Notes under the pieces: model-generated | What the model saw: the letters and a program-made list of their open reading frames with translations, nothing else | Told to the model about the DNA's origin: nothing | Database searches by the model: none | Assembly: GCA_964016885.1 (NCBI GenBank) | Contig: OZ024742.1 | Span: forward strand, 121,644,001-121,708,000 | Origin: Eledone cirrhosa | Lineage: Eukaryota | Length of the DNA stretch: 64,000 nt | Reading direction: 5' to 3' | Part shown: piece by piece, positions 27,151 through 42,607 of the stretch | How positions within the stretch are numbered: the stretch's first letter is position 1 | How the letters are laid out: each line of letters begins with the position of its first letter | Made by a program: the position numbers and the translations under genes

Positions 27151-30100
27151 TAAATTGTATTTGTGCATTAAAGCTGTTTGTGTATTAAAGCTGGTTGTGT
27201 ATTATTTGTTTTAAATTAAATATTAGACCTAAATATTTTTTCAAGATTTTTCATTACAATGTCTGTTACAATATGTAAATATCTATTTAAAAATGATCGT
27301 GGTTTTCTGTAGTTTGACTATATTTCATAACTTTCATTTTATTTAAGTAAGACAAACATATTTACTGTATATCATTGATGGCACAGTTTATAAAAATGTC
27401 TCAACATTTAGTTATAATACAAAATCTGGAATTTAAATAAACTAACGGTCGTCTGCCTTCAGGGAAACTTAACCTGCAAAAGTTAGTAGAGTAGAATATA
27501 GTAAAATAGTTCTTTTACCACGAGGAATGGAATTCCAACGTTTTAGAGACGTGTTCTTCATCAATGAAAGGGAAAAAGACATACGTATGCAAATAGCTCG
27601 ACATAGCCTACTTTAATTAACCTACATTAGCATAAGCCGTCATAGATAAACGATGGACGGCTGAGTTGATAGAGTCAAATAATCAACTGAGTGGTCGGAA
27701 TATTACATCCTGTTACTGGCACTATTTGCAAGGTCAACATACATAGGTATAAATAACTAAGTCCAGCTATATTTAAAGAGATATCGATGATAGTGTATTG
27801 TATCCAATACAATGGGGCACCATAGTGTAAATAGTGAGGTAATTCTGAGTTCTTTTATTTCAGTAAGAAAAACTATTAACGTTCAAATAATTCGAGTTGA
27901 GTACTGGCCATACAGACTTGCAAGAAAAGGGTAGTCCGGAATTCCCCGTGGCTTAGTTCATAGAATAATATAGCCTTTAGAACTCCTCTGTCGGCTAGTT
28001 TTTGTTTATATTCATTTTGATGGTACTCTTTGTCTTCAAAATGCCTGTTTCATCCGTCAAATTGAGAGGAGTATATTCTGTCTGAGGCAAGAACCCTGTG
28101 TGTTGGAGTGGTTGATGCAGTGGGTAGCACAGACTGTTCTCCGTAGCAACGCTTTCGTCATGTGCCCGCAGGGCGCATCTGAGATACATCGCCTAGACAA
28201 TGGTGTACAATTTTCCCCTCATCCCATTCCTCAAACTTTCATTATTCAAATTTTGCATCGAAAACATAGTTTAATTAAAATTTGTTGTTTATCACTTATG
28301 GTTTGTAAAATGACCAGTAGTTGGTGACTAAGGACACGTTATATGTTAGTTACATGACAGCATAGCATTAGGAGTTCTCTCGCTAGTTTTCTCACAGCTA
28401 TTTTAATTCATACCGAAGACAAACAAGCGACGGAGCTATCGTGGTCACTCACACGGTTTGTTATAAATAGCAGACAAATCTCCTTCAAATTACACCCTAA
28501 TGCTTTTAAAAAAAGTCACATTGGAAAAATTAATCCTAAATATACCATGTCGGTAAAAAATAAACACGAAATAGTAATAGCTGGAACGATTCATGTCTGT
28601 TTGATCAGGACTGACCTGGCACTAAAAACAACATAACTGAAATAATCTGAACTAAAAACTCATTTGTTGCTGTATTTCTTTTAATCGTTATTATCTGATT
28701 ATCAATCAACCACATGCAATATTCTGTTACCCCATAAACTTAACATTAAATATTCGTACACTTCTTGTCTTTATACTTGATAATTCCAAAAGCCGTACTT
28801 CAACCAAACTTGTGCTATAACCTCGACATTTATCTCCAAAAATCTATAAAACTGAAGTGAAGAGAATTCCATAGATGTCGGATGTACAGAAAAGAAATAT
28901 TCTTCAAATTTGATTCGATATTTTCTATTCAGTAGTGCTTATCATTTTGTCAATGATCTATACTGGTGGCTTGATTTTACTGAAACATCCACTGATATAA
29001 CCGATGATAAAGAAATACTACTATATGCAAGTTTAAAAATATAACCAAATTTTCACAAAGAAAGTTACATAATTGATGAGAGATGTCGTTTTGTCCGGGT
29101 CAATACATTATCTCTAATCTTTACATGTTAGTTTCCCTGACATAAGAATCATTGTTCAGAGAAATTGCTTGAATTTTTCACATAAATAATATGAAGTATC
29201 TTTTATAAAGCTTTTAACCCAACAGAGTAGCTGCACCAATAGCTGACATTGTTGATTGAGCCACGTGACTCTTTCTTTGCTGAGGCACTGTAAACAAAGA
29301 CATTTCTTTATATTTTTCTCAGTCATAATTCAAACTAAAGATCATTCTTGTTTTACTTTTGTTTATTTCCACGAGTTTAAATATTTTCCTTGCTGTAAGA
29401 CATGCAATATATTTTTATGCTTTTTATGAAATGTTTTCAACATAAGAATATGCATTCGTTCACGAAATCCTGTTCAAAACTAAGTACTTTGTTTCACCTA
29501 TTGTCCATTTTGTGGAAGGTCGTTGAGGTGAAATAACTGAACAGATAAACTATTAAACTACGGTTAATGAGTTATTAGTTCAAATCCATATCTGAGCAAA
29601 CCATTTCCTTCAACGCTGCTTCAGTTCACATAGATATCACTTCCACAAGTAATAAGGAAACGATAATTGGTTTGTTTTGTTACTGATATTTAGTGCTAAC
29701 TACTAATGTTCAAGGAATAAGTGAGGTAAACTTAATCAATTACCTGGTTTAATACTACCTTCTTGTTATAGGTGATTCTAGTGGAAACCAATCTTTTACA
29801 AACCTTCAGGTCAGATCTTCGATCTAAAGATAGCCTCTTCCTATCAATCTACAACGAAGTAACATTTTAAAATAAAAGAGTTTGTTACTATTTAGTTAGA
29901 CTTTAAACAACAGCTTTCTCTCTAATCACAAAGAAGTAATAGGGATTTCTAGCTGCAATATCACACGTTTTGAAGGAGGGTATATGGAATGTAATTAAAC
30001 CTCCTACACGGCTAGTACATATTTTATCAACAATAGATTGATAAAAGATAAAGACGACCTCAGTGGGTTTTGAACTGATAATGTAAAGATGCACGACTAA

Positions 30101-31286
30101 ATGAGACGGAGCCATCCTTTTAATGTTGCTGTAGTGTAACAAGAAACAATGTAAAGTCTCGAAGAAGCAATCTTTTTTCAGAAGATTGACCATTACTGAC
30201 ACAAGTAATCTTGTAAAAGATTCATTGATGTTAATTTTAAATTCTAGGTCACCTCCAATTGCATAAACGTATGTGTACATATGTTTGTAAAGCGGTAGGG
30301 TGTAAGTTGAAGGAGATTTGTCTCTTATTCCTAGCAATTTGAGTGACCACATAAAAGCCTATTTGATGACATCTGTTGATGTCAAGGTTGTTTATTTCCA
30401 GGTTACCTTAAATCAAGGGCTATGGCACTTATTTGGTTGGTTGAACGACGATGTACGATACATATATCTATTGCTCAAGATACACCATGTCTCTATTTAT
30501 TTGAGGACCTTAGTGTACAATGGTTTATCGAATTTTAGTGTCTAGCTTTGATTATGTTGTGAAGCAATTTCTTTTCTCAAAATAAATATATCCATAAAAT
30601 TTAAATTATTCATAAAGCAAAATATATTCAAACTTGAACAAAAAAAAAAAGACAACAACCTAAAGACAAACAAACAAAAACAAAAAAACAAAAATGGAAA
30701 ACTGCTTGGTAAACTAACTTCGTGGTAAGTTTTATTCATTGATTACTTAAATGTTTATTATTTTCATTTATTTAATGGTCGTTGGAAAAAAGAGCGAATG
30801 AAATTGTATGCAAAATGTTCAGATTAGTTTACACAACTTATAATGTATGATGTAGATAATCAGTTATAGATTTTCTGTCCAAATCGAGTACCAAAATCAA
30901 ATTTGTATTTAAACAGGTCATTTATTATATTGTGCCATAATTTGGTTTCTAGTTTAGGCATGTGGCCAATTTTTCTAAGGAAAGTTTATAATCGATTGAA
31001 TCGACCCCAGTATACTGCTAATGAGAGTATGGAAAACCAAAGCTCAGTCATTCGTGTATAAGACTTCAATTCAAAAGTCTGGTGTTTTCTAAATCACCGT
31101 CACTGTATTGCTACTCCCCAGAGCTAAGACATGGGACTCAAATATACACGATCAACTTAACGATGTTTAGATGCTGAAAGAATATTGTAAAATTGACGAG
31201 AGTAGTTCATGACCAGCCCACCCGATATACATTACACGAACACGTTTACAGAGTTGCAACGACACAATATTTTCGGTTTTAATATT

Positions 31287-31487
31287 AATTCCTAATTTAA
31301 GCACAAGCCTAGCACATTTTGACAACGGGCAAAACTGTTTCAATCAAGCCTAGCTCTTGATTGGTGTTTTATTATATCGATCCCGAAAGGATGAAAGGAA
31401 ATGCTGATCTCCGCGGAATGTAAAGAACCAGACCAAATAACACAATGGCATTTTAGCCGATGCTCTACCAATTCTTCTAATCTGCCA
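31287..31487 (-). mobile_element. Diverged tRNA-derived SINE
   Basis: Family core ATCGATCCCGAAAGGATGAAAGG. Confidence 0.7.
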
Positions 31488-31934
31488 CTTTGTTCTTGGG
31501 TTAATGTTAACATTTATTTCTGACAAAGATACAAAATCACACATTTTAGAAAGGAGTGATATAGTCGATGATATCAACACTAGTACATAACTGTGGCCTA
31601 GTAGTTAGGAGGTTAGTCTCGTGATCGTGTGAGTATCGTGGGTTCAATATCCAGACTAGCAAACGTATTGTGTCTCTAAGCATGGCACTTAATTTTATTT
31701 TATTCTTGTTCATTCAGTTAAAATTACCAGTAGCAGCAGCAGCTTTGCGTTTTCCTTGAGACGGGCCTCAGGGATTAAGTAAGAGTAACCTTTTAACAAA
31801 ACTGTTCATTTATCGACTCCAAACAAATGGATGGCAAATATCTACAATGACAAGATTTGATATAAAAAAGTAAAATTACTAATACTATAGTGTATTTTTA
31901 AATTAAGAACTATTCTATAATCTCTGAGAAGCAA

Positions 31935-32270
31935 TGAATTGGCAGAGTCGTTATAACGTTGGATAGAATGATGTTGTGGTATTTGTTTCGGCTTTCTGCT
32001 TTCTGAGTGGAAAAATCCCGCCGAGGTCAAATTTGTCTTTCATCCATTCAAGGTCATTAAAAAAGTATCAGTCGAGTACTGGGGCTGATCTTTCCTCTGT
32101 CTCTCTTTCTCATTTCCATTCTCTCTATCCTTCTCTGGAAGAAATTTGCTGTAATCAAACCGGTAGAGGATTGGGCTCTACCATGTTTAAAAATCCCCAG
32201 AAATGCTGTATGTCGATATAGTGCACTTACGACTCTCCCAGGAGTTACAGACCATGCATGCATTCATAAT
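31935..32270 (+). mobile_element. SINE variant with extended 3' part (sister copy ~35120-35452 on minus)
   Basis: SINE head and core; tails at 32090-32250 and 35120-35290 are homologous. Confidence 0.7.
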
Positions 32271-32359
32271 CTCTGAGAGGAACAAAGTAAAATTCGACTC
32301 CAACGTATGTTCTACTGAATCAGCTACCTTTACAATCTTATGTTATGCCACAATGTAAT

Positions 32360-32525
32360 AACTGTTTCTAGTTTTGGCACAAGGCCAGCAATTACCCAGT
32401 ACATTACTGGTACTTTATTTTATCGACCCCATAAGGATGAAAGGCAAAGTTAACCTCAGAACTCAGAATGGCAAGGACCGTAACTCTATGCGTCAAAGCA
32501 TGGCGTCCGACCCTCTACCATTGCC
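32360..32525 (-). mobile_element. tRNA-derived SINE
   Basis: Family core intact. Confidence 0.85.
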
Positions 32526-33124
32526 GTAAAGCCTTAGACATAACCAGATTAGAGTTATAGCTGGAAATTCCCTCTAAAACAAACACTATTCATTGCTAAG
32601 AAACACTTCTCAAATATTTCACACAGTTCCGCATTTATTGGTTTAGTTTGAAACCAATGATCAAATGCATTTAAACCATGACCGTGTATATATATATATA
32701 TATGATATCGTGTATTTATTGGAATTTAAAATTAAGTGCAGAAAATAGACAAAACTAAGGATTACAGCTACATTATTTACACTCACATATTTATATATAC
32801 TTACAGTTTGTCGATAAACCGAAGAATTTAAGGTTTAAGGCATTTAATAACTGACAATTGTTTATACTCACGTTACACTACATATAGCGAATCATTTTAT
32901 TTAACAATTTGCCATTAGTGAGTATAGACCGTGGATGTCAATTAGAATTTAATTAAAATACCTATACATAATAATATAAATATCACTCATCAAAGTATCA
33001 TGATAAAAGTTTACAGTTAGAAATACAGTCTGAAAGAAATATATTATTAGTTGTATATATTATTTCCTATATACCACCTAGACCACCTACTCTTTCCACC
33101 ACTTGTCAACCGAGAGCTTGACCT

Positions 33125-33231
<107 letters not shown>

Positions 33232-33369
33232 GCATACATGCATACACACACATACATATACATATATAAACATACACATACACACATATACGCACGCATC
33301 TACACACACACCTACACACATACACGCACGCACCTACACACACAAACATCTACACAGACACATGCAAAT

Positions 33370-33400
<31 letters not shown>

Positions 33401-35119
33401 CAAAAGTTAAGCTCAGAATAATCATATTATCTAAATATTTTGTTTGTGGAGCACGTGTATTGAACTAAATTTATGTTGTAATAAGATAGACATTTATTTT
33501 CCCTGGAGCACTTATTACTTTCTTTCAAAAGAATATCTTTATTATGGTTATCGAAGCCATTATCTTTTAATTTTACATATAACGTGTGCACCAGGTATTA
33601 ACACATTTTTATTATACGTTTTACAATAGAAACATCGAGTGTTCTGTCAAACTGTTTAAAGTACAGACAAAGAAGGAATTAAAAAAAATATTCTATTCCG
33701 AATACTTTGACATCGAAGAAAGTAACTATATTAAACATCTACTTTGACCCAACAGTCATTTTTACAGCTGAAAATGTTATTGCCAATAAAATCTATTTAT
33801 CATTTATGGACCACATATGTCTAGCTTGGTATTTAACACGTTATAAAATTTGGTCGGCTAAGGCTTCTTAATTTCCTGCAATCCATCAGTTGTTCAATAA
33901 AGAAGAGATATTTTTTTTATTATGGAAAGAAAATTTCAAATCAAAACTATTGTGCTTTAAATTCTTATTCACGTTAAATTATCTAAAGTATTTGGTGAGC
34001 AGAGGTTAGAAGGTGTTCAATTAGGTTTTTCTCTCTCGTTCTCCATTTGACAAACGTGCGCATACAAAAAAAAAAATCTTTAAAATATTTGCTTGTTTAA
34101 ATCCAACATGATTCGTAGGATTAATCTGAAAACTGGTGAACTGTTGCCTCATTGACAATCGACCCAAATTCTAAAATATCTTATTCAAATCCTGTCATGA
34201 TTATCAGTAAACATTGGTTTGACGGCTGTTACCGATGTTTGGTTTCATGTTTACAATGTCAAAGAAAACAGTGTAAAGATTACAGTCAGAGAAAAAACTT
34301 ACTTGAAAAAGATCGGGAAAGTTGAAACGACAGTGAAAAATCAATGCTGAAATGATTGGACATAAGTTTTGTAAAATATTTCAGCGAAATTAAGGCGCTT
34401 TCAGACCACTAGAATTATGCTGAATACTGTTCAATGAAAACGTTTGAGAAACCAGTTAATAGAAGTATGAGAGAAAGAAGAATACTTTCAATGCTACTAC
34501 TTTATGTTTATAAATAAGGCACCGAACTAGTTCTTAATTCATATACAGATTCATTTGAATTAATACAAATAGTTTACGACAGTACATACAAAGTAGAGAT
34601 CGCTTGGCGGAACAGTAAGAAGCGTAGCGAAGCGACAACGCTACAGCTGAATTTAGTTAACTAATAGTATGAAGATCACGCCGTAGAGTAAACAATGGGA
34701 GAACCCCTGTGGATTTCTCTTTTCTTAAATCGCTATACGAAGATAGTTTTGTGTTGGGATTAAGTGACACAGCATGGTAATGCTTCTAATAACCAAGAAT
34801 GTTTAAACGGCATCGCATACTTAACAATATAAATAAAATGAAAATGTCACTGAAGTTATGTTATTAAATTATTTCAGTATATTTTCCTACTCAGGTTCCA
34901 TTATGCTGAGATGTTTCTAGTGATTTGAACTGCAAAATGAAGCAATTGGCTTGAACCACAATGTTCTTGTAATTAAACTATTATATAGAGTCACAGGATT
35001 AAACACAAATTTCTAGCAAATGAACGACAACACTGAGTCACAAATGTTTAGTATTTAAATATTATATTGTTTCATAGTAACATGCTTCTATCAATTAAAC
35101 TTAAATATGGAGCATATAT

Positions 35120-35452
35120 CGACCCGTAACTCGCGATGGAGTCGTAGAGGAGCTGCATTGACATATGGCATTTCTAGGGCATTTTAAAACCTGACAGAGC
35201 CCATCTCCTCTCCAGATCTGAATACAGCAGATGTCTTCGAGAGAAGGACAGGGAGCGAGAGAATGGAAGCGAAAAAGAGATATAGAGGAAGAATCGACCC
35301 TACTACAGGGATGTTACTTTTTTTTATCGATCTCGAATGGATGAAAAGCAAATTTGACCTCGGCAAGATTTGTACTCAGAAAGCAAAGAGCCGAAACAAA
35401 TATCACAAAGTATTCTATCCGACATTCTAATCACTCTGCCAATTTGTCGCCC
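35120..35452 (-). mobile_element. SINE variant with extended 3' part
   Basis: Homologous to 31935-32270. Confidence 0.7.
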
Positions 35453-38130
35453 TAATTATGGAGTATCATATTCTAAAATCATAGCATTCACGAATAATAT
35501 AGCAGCAACATTTTTAAGCATTTACATTTTCTGACATAATGAAAGCGGTTTAAATGGGCATGTCACATTGAACTATAAATGGCCTTGTTTAGTTGCTTAG
35601 TAGTGCATCCAGCCCTTCAATAATGTCATCAAATACTTTTCATCTTAATTAAACTATTGAAACTGATTAGAAAAGAAAGTGAAACTATATGCGACTGGCT
35701 AATGGTTATTACATATGCCAGAATAACAGGAAATGGATATTTGTTTAAAGTAAATGGAAGACTGAAGTCATCATGTGTTAAATATAATCTTTAGATGAAT
35801 ATCTCTCATTCCTAACTACAAGTCAGTATTTCTCCATACTCAAATTTTCCCACCACCACACACACACGTGCTTATGGAAATTATTAAAAGTTTCTCTCAC
35901 TACACAAACATGCATACATATACGAACTCTCAAAAGCGCTCTCTATACGCACACATACAAATACACACAAAAACAACGTTGTTAACTAACGTACTAACCA
36001 CTCATGTCTGACGACGACCAGCAGTGCTTATTAAAATAATATTGCTTTCGGCTGTAGCTCTTTAGGTCTGTTAAATTCCTACGTCTTTTTGGAAAAGCTT
36101 AGAAGCGAAGCTGCATGAGTGCAGTTTAATATACAGAAGTGCCTTCCGTTACATTGCACTCTACATTTTAAATCCTTCAACTACCTGACATTTAACATAT
36201 GTCTTAAACATTTATGATGAAAGCGTTCATGAACCTTTACCTGATGCTTGTAAAAAATGACATGTTTCATATGAGTAAAAAAGAGAAAGCAATACGCATG
36301 CATGATACATATCAATTTTTGTTAACCTCCTGTCAAATTGGGACAAGACCCAAGATTCAATAGCCATGAAGGTTTCAGTTGCTTTATAAGGCCTTAAAGA
36401 CGACTGAACTACATCAGATACCGAGTTTTAATATAAAAGTATTCCTTCTTATCGTCCTTCCCTTCTACGGTGCCCACAAAACGACAGGCGTTTATATTCA
36501 GTGTGTTCGCTCTCCTAGACAAATATTGTAAATGCTAAGGACTTGTCACTCCCGAAATTGTCATACAATGCGCACATTCACTGTCTCCAGTATTTCTATG
36601 TCTCTATACAATTTACATATACATGTAAATACGTGCGTCTCCCAAACACATTCATATATATCCAGACAATGTATGTGGTTAGTATATCTCGGGAGAAAAT
36701 CGCTGGCCAGATTTTACGAACAAAACCAGCCAGCAGGAGACCCAGGAGTAAGATGGTTGGATAACATCTATGCGCTCAGCTGGTCTCTCTTGGAGATCCA
36801 TCCGGATCAATTGGAGACGGTTGTTTCTGACAGAACCCGGTAGAAGGCGTGCTTGTAGACTCTGCCCTCGAAACCCTCCCTGGAAAATTTACTGCTATTT
36901 CTAGCAGGCCGAGGAACATGTAGTGTCATCCGTTATTGTCAAGGTTCAATAATGATGCTCAAGTGCTACAGAATTTAAACCGAAGTAGAGATGATAGTTT
37001 TTCTTTCATACATTTGGAATGAATATATTCTATTCCTGTTTGACGGTCACTGTTTTTTTAAAATAGAATTATAACTCATACGCTTATGCAGTTATGATAC
37101 TATATTTCCTGATATCATTTTTATATCAATGACTAATAATACAATTTATTTTGAGATAACAAAAAGATGCAGCAAACTTCCAGCATATGTTTCTGGTCTC
37201 TTCATTGAAATATTATTTGACAAATTTCTACATATTCAAAATGATCGTGTTGACTAACGTATATATATTATTCTCGTCCTCGTCATTATTGACGATGGGG
37301 ACTCTTATTATGACGTCATTTTTGGCACCTTTCGCTGGGTAAGGAGCGCTTCTGAAAGAACGCAACCACGCTCCGTCTGCTTCCTTCAGGTACTGCGATC
37401 TACAGTCAGGTCGTGCCATGTTAAGAGGTTGAAGCCGAAGGCGTTCGGTGGCTCTTTAATGCAGTCCTTCTAACGCTTTCGTTGGCGGCTTCTGGTTCTT
37501 TTGCTATTTGATAATTCACCAAACTGGAGTTGCTTTGGAATGCGACTATCTTTCATTTGGCATACATGGCTGAGCCATCTACGACTGTTGTTCCGGATCA
37601 TTGCTTCACCAGGAGTTGTCTTTGCACAGCATAGAACCTCTATATTTGTTCTTTTGAGCCTCCATATTATCTTAAGTTATGACGATAAACCACATTCGGT
37701 AGCAAGGCCTCTGATCGGAATGGTAAAGGTTCTGAGAAGCATGGAACCACCTCTTAATTGCTGTGGTTCACCCACGTCCACCCTGACCCGGGGTGGCAGC
37801 ACATTCTAGGGTCCCGGATATGGGCTAAGAATGAACTCGGCTGATGAAGGTCACTCTTCAACACCTCAATGACAACAATAGGTTCCATGTACCTACCTCT
37901 TTACCAGTGAAACCACACACCTTCCCTGTTGGATGGAAATAGTGAGGTACCATACAAACTTGAGCGGAAGAATCTGGCGTGCTGAATAGAAAGGCCAACG
38001 GCCTGCTATGAAATTGTGTAGGGAATTGCCCATAAGTGCAGCAGACAGTTAATATATATATATATGTATATACATACATCCATCTATATATCTATCTATA
38101 TACACACGCACAGACACAGACACACACACA

Positions 38131-38165
<35 letters not shown>

Positions 38166-38200
38166 GTATATATAAATTAGCCTTATATCACTTTCCACAG

Positions 38201-38278
<78 letters not shown>

Positions 38279-38279
38279 A

Positions 38280-38317
<38 letters not shown>

Positions 38318-38529
38318 TGTGTGTGTATGTGTGCGTGTACTTGAATAAAGAGGTAATGTTCCATACAAATAAAAAAATTATAGGTAAAAATTAAATTGGG
38401 AAAAAATCACAGGGGTATGTTTAAAGACTAATTTTTATTTAATTTGACAGAATGAATATTCTTATAATTGTTACATTAAATGGATTTACATTTTGCCGAA
38501 TATTACAACATGTCAATCTTATCAAATAA

Positions 38530-39690
38530 AAACAAGTTTTGCTCTCATTTCCTGTGGGCAGTTGGAATATGTGAATTTTCTGTCAGTTTTAAGTAGCATG
38601 TAACCCACTTGTAGTATTCCTTTCCAATCTTTTCTTTCATCTGTGTATTTTGAGCCCTGTATAGTTAGTTGATTCTTAAATATTTGTATGAGTGTGTTTA
38701 ATCTAATTCTCCTATCTCAATTTATATACCTAGCATGATATTAGTGTTTTTCATTAGTTCTCCTCACTTCAGATTGACTTTAGCGCACTTTTCCAGTTCA
38801 AATTTCATGCCTATTTCTTTTGTAAATTGTGTCCTGTTTGTAGCAGTGTTTTGTGTTGTATTTTGTCTGCAGCATACATCTTTAGATCATCCATATATAG
38901 GAGATCGTTAATTTTATTGTTGTAGCATTTATGTCCCAGTCTACTTCGGTTTAGTTTCTCAGTTAATGGTGTACTAAGCAGAAGAGCAGTGATGAAAGGA
39001 TATCTCTTGGAAATATCCCTCTGTTGATTGGGATGGATTCAGTTTTTATAGTTTCATCTTTCGTTTCTATTTGAAGAACTGTTTGCCACTTACTCATGAC
39101 ATGCCTAAAAAATGTGTTTATTGTTGGTGCTAACGTATTCATGGCTAGTGTGTTCAGTGTATGGGGAACACTGTTACGCCTTTTGGTAGTCGATCCATGC
39201 CATGCTGAGTTTGTTTTGTTTTATTTCTGCAGTTTTCGATAATGGCTTTATTGATTAGCAACTGATCTTTATAGCTATATGAGCCATTGCAGCATCGTTT
39301 CTGTTCTTCTGGAAGTAGGTTTTTTTCCAGATGTTTGGTCAGTTTCTGCGATACAATTGCAATTGAAGTTTTGTATATAGCAAGCAGGTATGCAGGTATA
39401 TAGCAAGCAAGATCTGTAGTTTCTGGGAATTGCTGCGCCATTATTCTTGAGGCTCAGGGTGGTTTTGATCTAAGTGATCCAACCGGGTGATTTTTCTAGC
39501 TTTGGCAGCATCTCATTAACATTTTTTGTAAGTTCATTATGTGTCCCTGTTAAATATTTCAGTCAAAAGTTGGGGATCTTGTCATGTCCCGGTGTATTCC
39601 AATTGCTTGCTTTTTTCAGTGTGCTAGACACATCATCTGTTGTAATATCTCCCCACAGTTGTTTTGCTACAGTATTCGTTGTTCTTGCAT
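38530..39690 (-). mobile_element. Decayed RTE-like LINE reverse transcriptase region
   Basis: SNWNTPGHDKIPNF, PEEQKRC..KDQLLINKAI, LLYMDDLKMY (manual translation near 38880-38905). Confidence 0.8.
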
Positions 39691-39694
39691 GATA

Positions 39695-41597
39695 ATTTCT
39701 ATGCAAAAACAGAGGATGTAACAAAAAAATAACAATGAAAAATTCCCCAATACGGGGGAGACTTCCGAGGGACATTCGTGGAGTAAATCCATTAAAAAGC
39801 CACAGTGACCCTGACCACCAGAGCAAGTGCCCTCTCCCAGTTTTCCACCTTTAATTTACAGTCTCATACTCAGAGTAGGCCCATTCACTCGGGCCATTCT
39901 TGCCTCTCTCACCCATCTTTCAACAAAATGCTGGGAAGAGAGCACTTCCCTCTCTACCCTGATTTTCCTTTTCAAATGAAATTTGAAAAAGTTAATCAGG
40001 GCATCACCGAAGAGGTAAGTGCTCGTCTTCAGCCCTTTCAAACGTGTCCACCATACTATCTCTTTCGCCATGGCCACCAGAGAGATAAAAACTGCCTGCC
40101 CTTCCCGGCTAAAGGAAGAGGGCGGGGCAATCCTCACGATGGACTCAGCTGATAGCTGGATCCGTGCTACACGCGACAGCAGGTGTTCGACATAAACCCA
40201 CAAGTCAGCAATGCTCGGACACTGGGCGAGTGCGTGCAGGACGGTTTCGTCGCCCTGCGCGCATCTCGGACATGCGCGGCTGACGGCACCTCCATGCCTG
40301 TAGAGTTTATCCCGAACTGGCAAAGCTCCTCGCTAGCACTGCCAGGCCAGGGATTTCTGGAAGTTGTCCATAGGCCCCGGCCCGAAAGTCCTTCCAAAGA
40401 GATTGGCTAGTTGATTTTCGTCGACGCCTAGAGTTTTCCCAAGTACGTCGTCGCTCTTTCCCTCCACTAATCCTTTATAGAACACCAAGGTGGAGTTTCC
40501 ACCGATCACATTGCCCGATTGGTCGAGGGCTGTGAGCGCCTGAAGATATTCCAGTCTCCAAGCGCTCCCTCTCGGTCTTTGCTTGACCCAGGACTACAGC
40601 TGGGGAAAGACTTGTCTAGCAAACGGCGACCACACCTGATCGAGGAAGAGGTGGAGATGTCGTAGCCTGAGCGCGTGTCTGCGCATCATCAGCCACGGCA
40701 TGCCCAGCCCTCCACGTAGCGGGTGTTGACAGCAGATGGACCGCCTGACTATCGGAGCGCGTTCCTTCCACAAAAAGTGAAAGAGCAAACGCTCCAGCGC
40801 AGTCAGGCGAGGTTTAGAACAAGGCACGACGGTCAGGCGGTAGTAGATGACGGATGCGATATACGCGTTAGCCACCTCCGCTCGACCTTTCAGGGATAGC
40901 TTCCTCTCCGCCCATTTCTGGGTGAGAGAAGCCACCCTGCTCGTCACCTCGTCCCAGTTTTTGTCCGTCAGGAGGTCCGGACCGAACCAGACCCCTAGCA
41001 ATTTAACCGATCCGTCTGTCCAGCGCCCGACGACGTTGTTGGATGGAATGGACCTGCCTCTCCAGGTGCCGAGCTGCAGGCTCACTGACTTTTCCTGGTT
41101 GATCATTGCTCCTGTCACCGCTTCGTATTCTCTTAGTGTAGTGCCGATCGCCTCGATGTGTTTGGCGTTCGACACCACTACGGTGACATCGTCCGCATAT
41201 GCTGACACGGATCTTCCGCATCCTAGTTCGCGCGGGATCCCCCCCCCCCAACGTCTCCAGTTTGTGCAGTAATGGCTCGAGAGTCAATACGTACAAGAGG
41301 GACGAGAGGGGACATCCTTGGCGGACCGAGCGCATGATGTTGAACGGTTCCGAAAGGTGACTGTTCACTCTCACCACAGAGCAGATGTCGCTGTGCATGG
41401 CAGGGATCCAGCCTCTGAAGACGCGCCCAAAGACAGCCGCCCTCAGGACTGCCGCTAGGCAACGATGGTCGACCCTATCGAAAGCTTTCGACTGATCTAA
41501 ATTGATCAAGGATCCACCCGTGCCAGGTTCCCTAGCTACCCTCTCCACGATGTATCGGATGAGGTGGAGGTTGTCGTGGATGGATCTGTCGGGAATG
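39695..41597 (-). mobile_element. 5'-truncated L1/Tx1-like LINE ORF2 (RT + C-terminal zinc finger), frameshifted
   Basis: IPDRSIHDNL, LDQSKAFDRVDH, VRQGCPLS, AYADD, CPRC..ETVLHALAQC. Confidence 0.92.
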
Positions 41598-41624
41598 ATA
41601 ATAATAGTAATAATAATCCACCCA

Positions 41625-41842
41625 GGGCGGTGGTTTGGCAGTATCGTTAGAGCGTCGGTCACCATGCTTAGTGGTATAGTGTTACGGCCCTTTACGTTCT
41701 GATTTCAAATCCCACTGAGGTTAGCTTTGCCTGTCATCCTTACGCGGTCAATAAAATAAAGTACCAGTAATGCACTGGGTCGATTCAATCAACTTTCCAC
41801 CTCCTTCAAATTGCCGACCTTGTGCCTAATGTAGAAACAATT
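41625..41842 (+). mobile_element. tRNA-derived SINE
   Basis: Full head, core and tail followed by (TTA)n. Confidence 0.88.
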
Positions 41843-42490
41843 ATTATTATCATTAACAGCAGAAGCAAAAATAGAAGCACTATCAGTCTAACCACTCGTT
41901 TGCGTCGAGGTCGATGAATAAATTTCGAGGCAGTGAAATATGGAAACTTTTAGAACGCTATATGAGATGTATTGTGGTATATATTCCGAATCGTTGCATT
42001 CGATATTCAAATTCTGTCTTCTACTGTCTTCTGAGAGTGGAATACAGCTGCAATGGAACGAGACAAACGGTGTTTAACCTTCCATAGCAGACGACGTTAC
42101 CCATCGATTGGAGAGACATCACAATGTCAACAAGAGAAGAAGTAGACACTGCATACAAGCAGCTTCTCTATACGTTAGGCAAAATGAGAGCACATCGTAA
42201 TAACCTAATTCTACATGGAATTGTTTGACCTTAGAATGTCAAAGACCGGAACAATTACCAAAAACAATCTCGTCCGATGGCCTAAATTTCCGTCAATCTT
42301 CTACACTTGATTAGTACTTTATATATCGACCCTGAAATTATGAAATTAAAGTTGACTTTTGTGGGATTTGAACACAAGAGGCAAATAAAATACGGGAAAG
42401 CATTCTACTCGACGTCCCAACGACAATCGAATAGAATAAACACACACACATACGCACACATACGCACACGCACGCACACGCACGCACACG

Positions 42491-42607
<117 letters not shown>

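Noticed and set aside
27535-27566. Minimal hammerhead-like TTGATGA..TAAAACGTT on minus
   Set aside because: Both core boxes are mutated and stem I is absent
29903-30545. 149-aa minus-strand ORF, possibly an old LINE RT remnant
   Set aside because: No diagnostic motif retained
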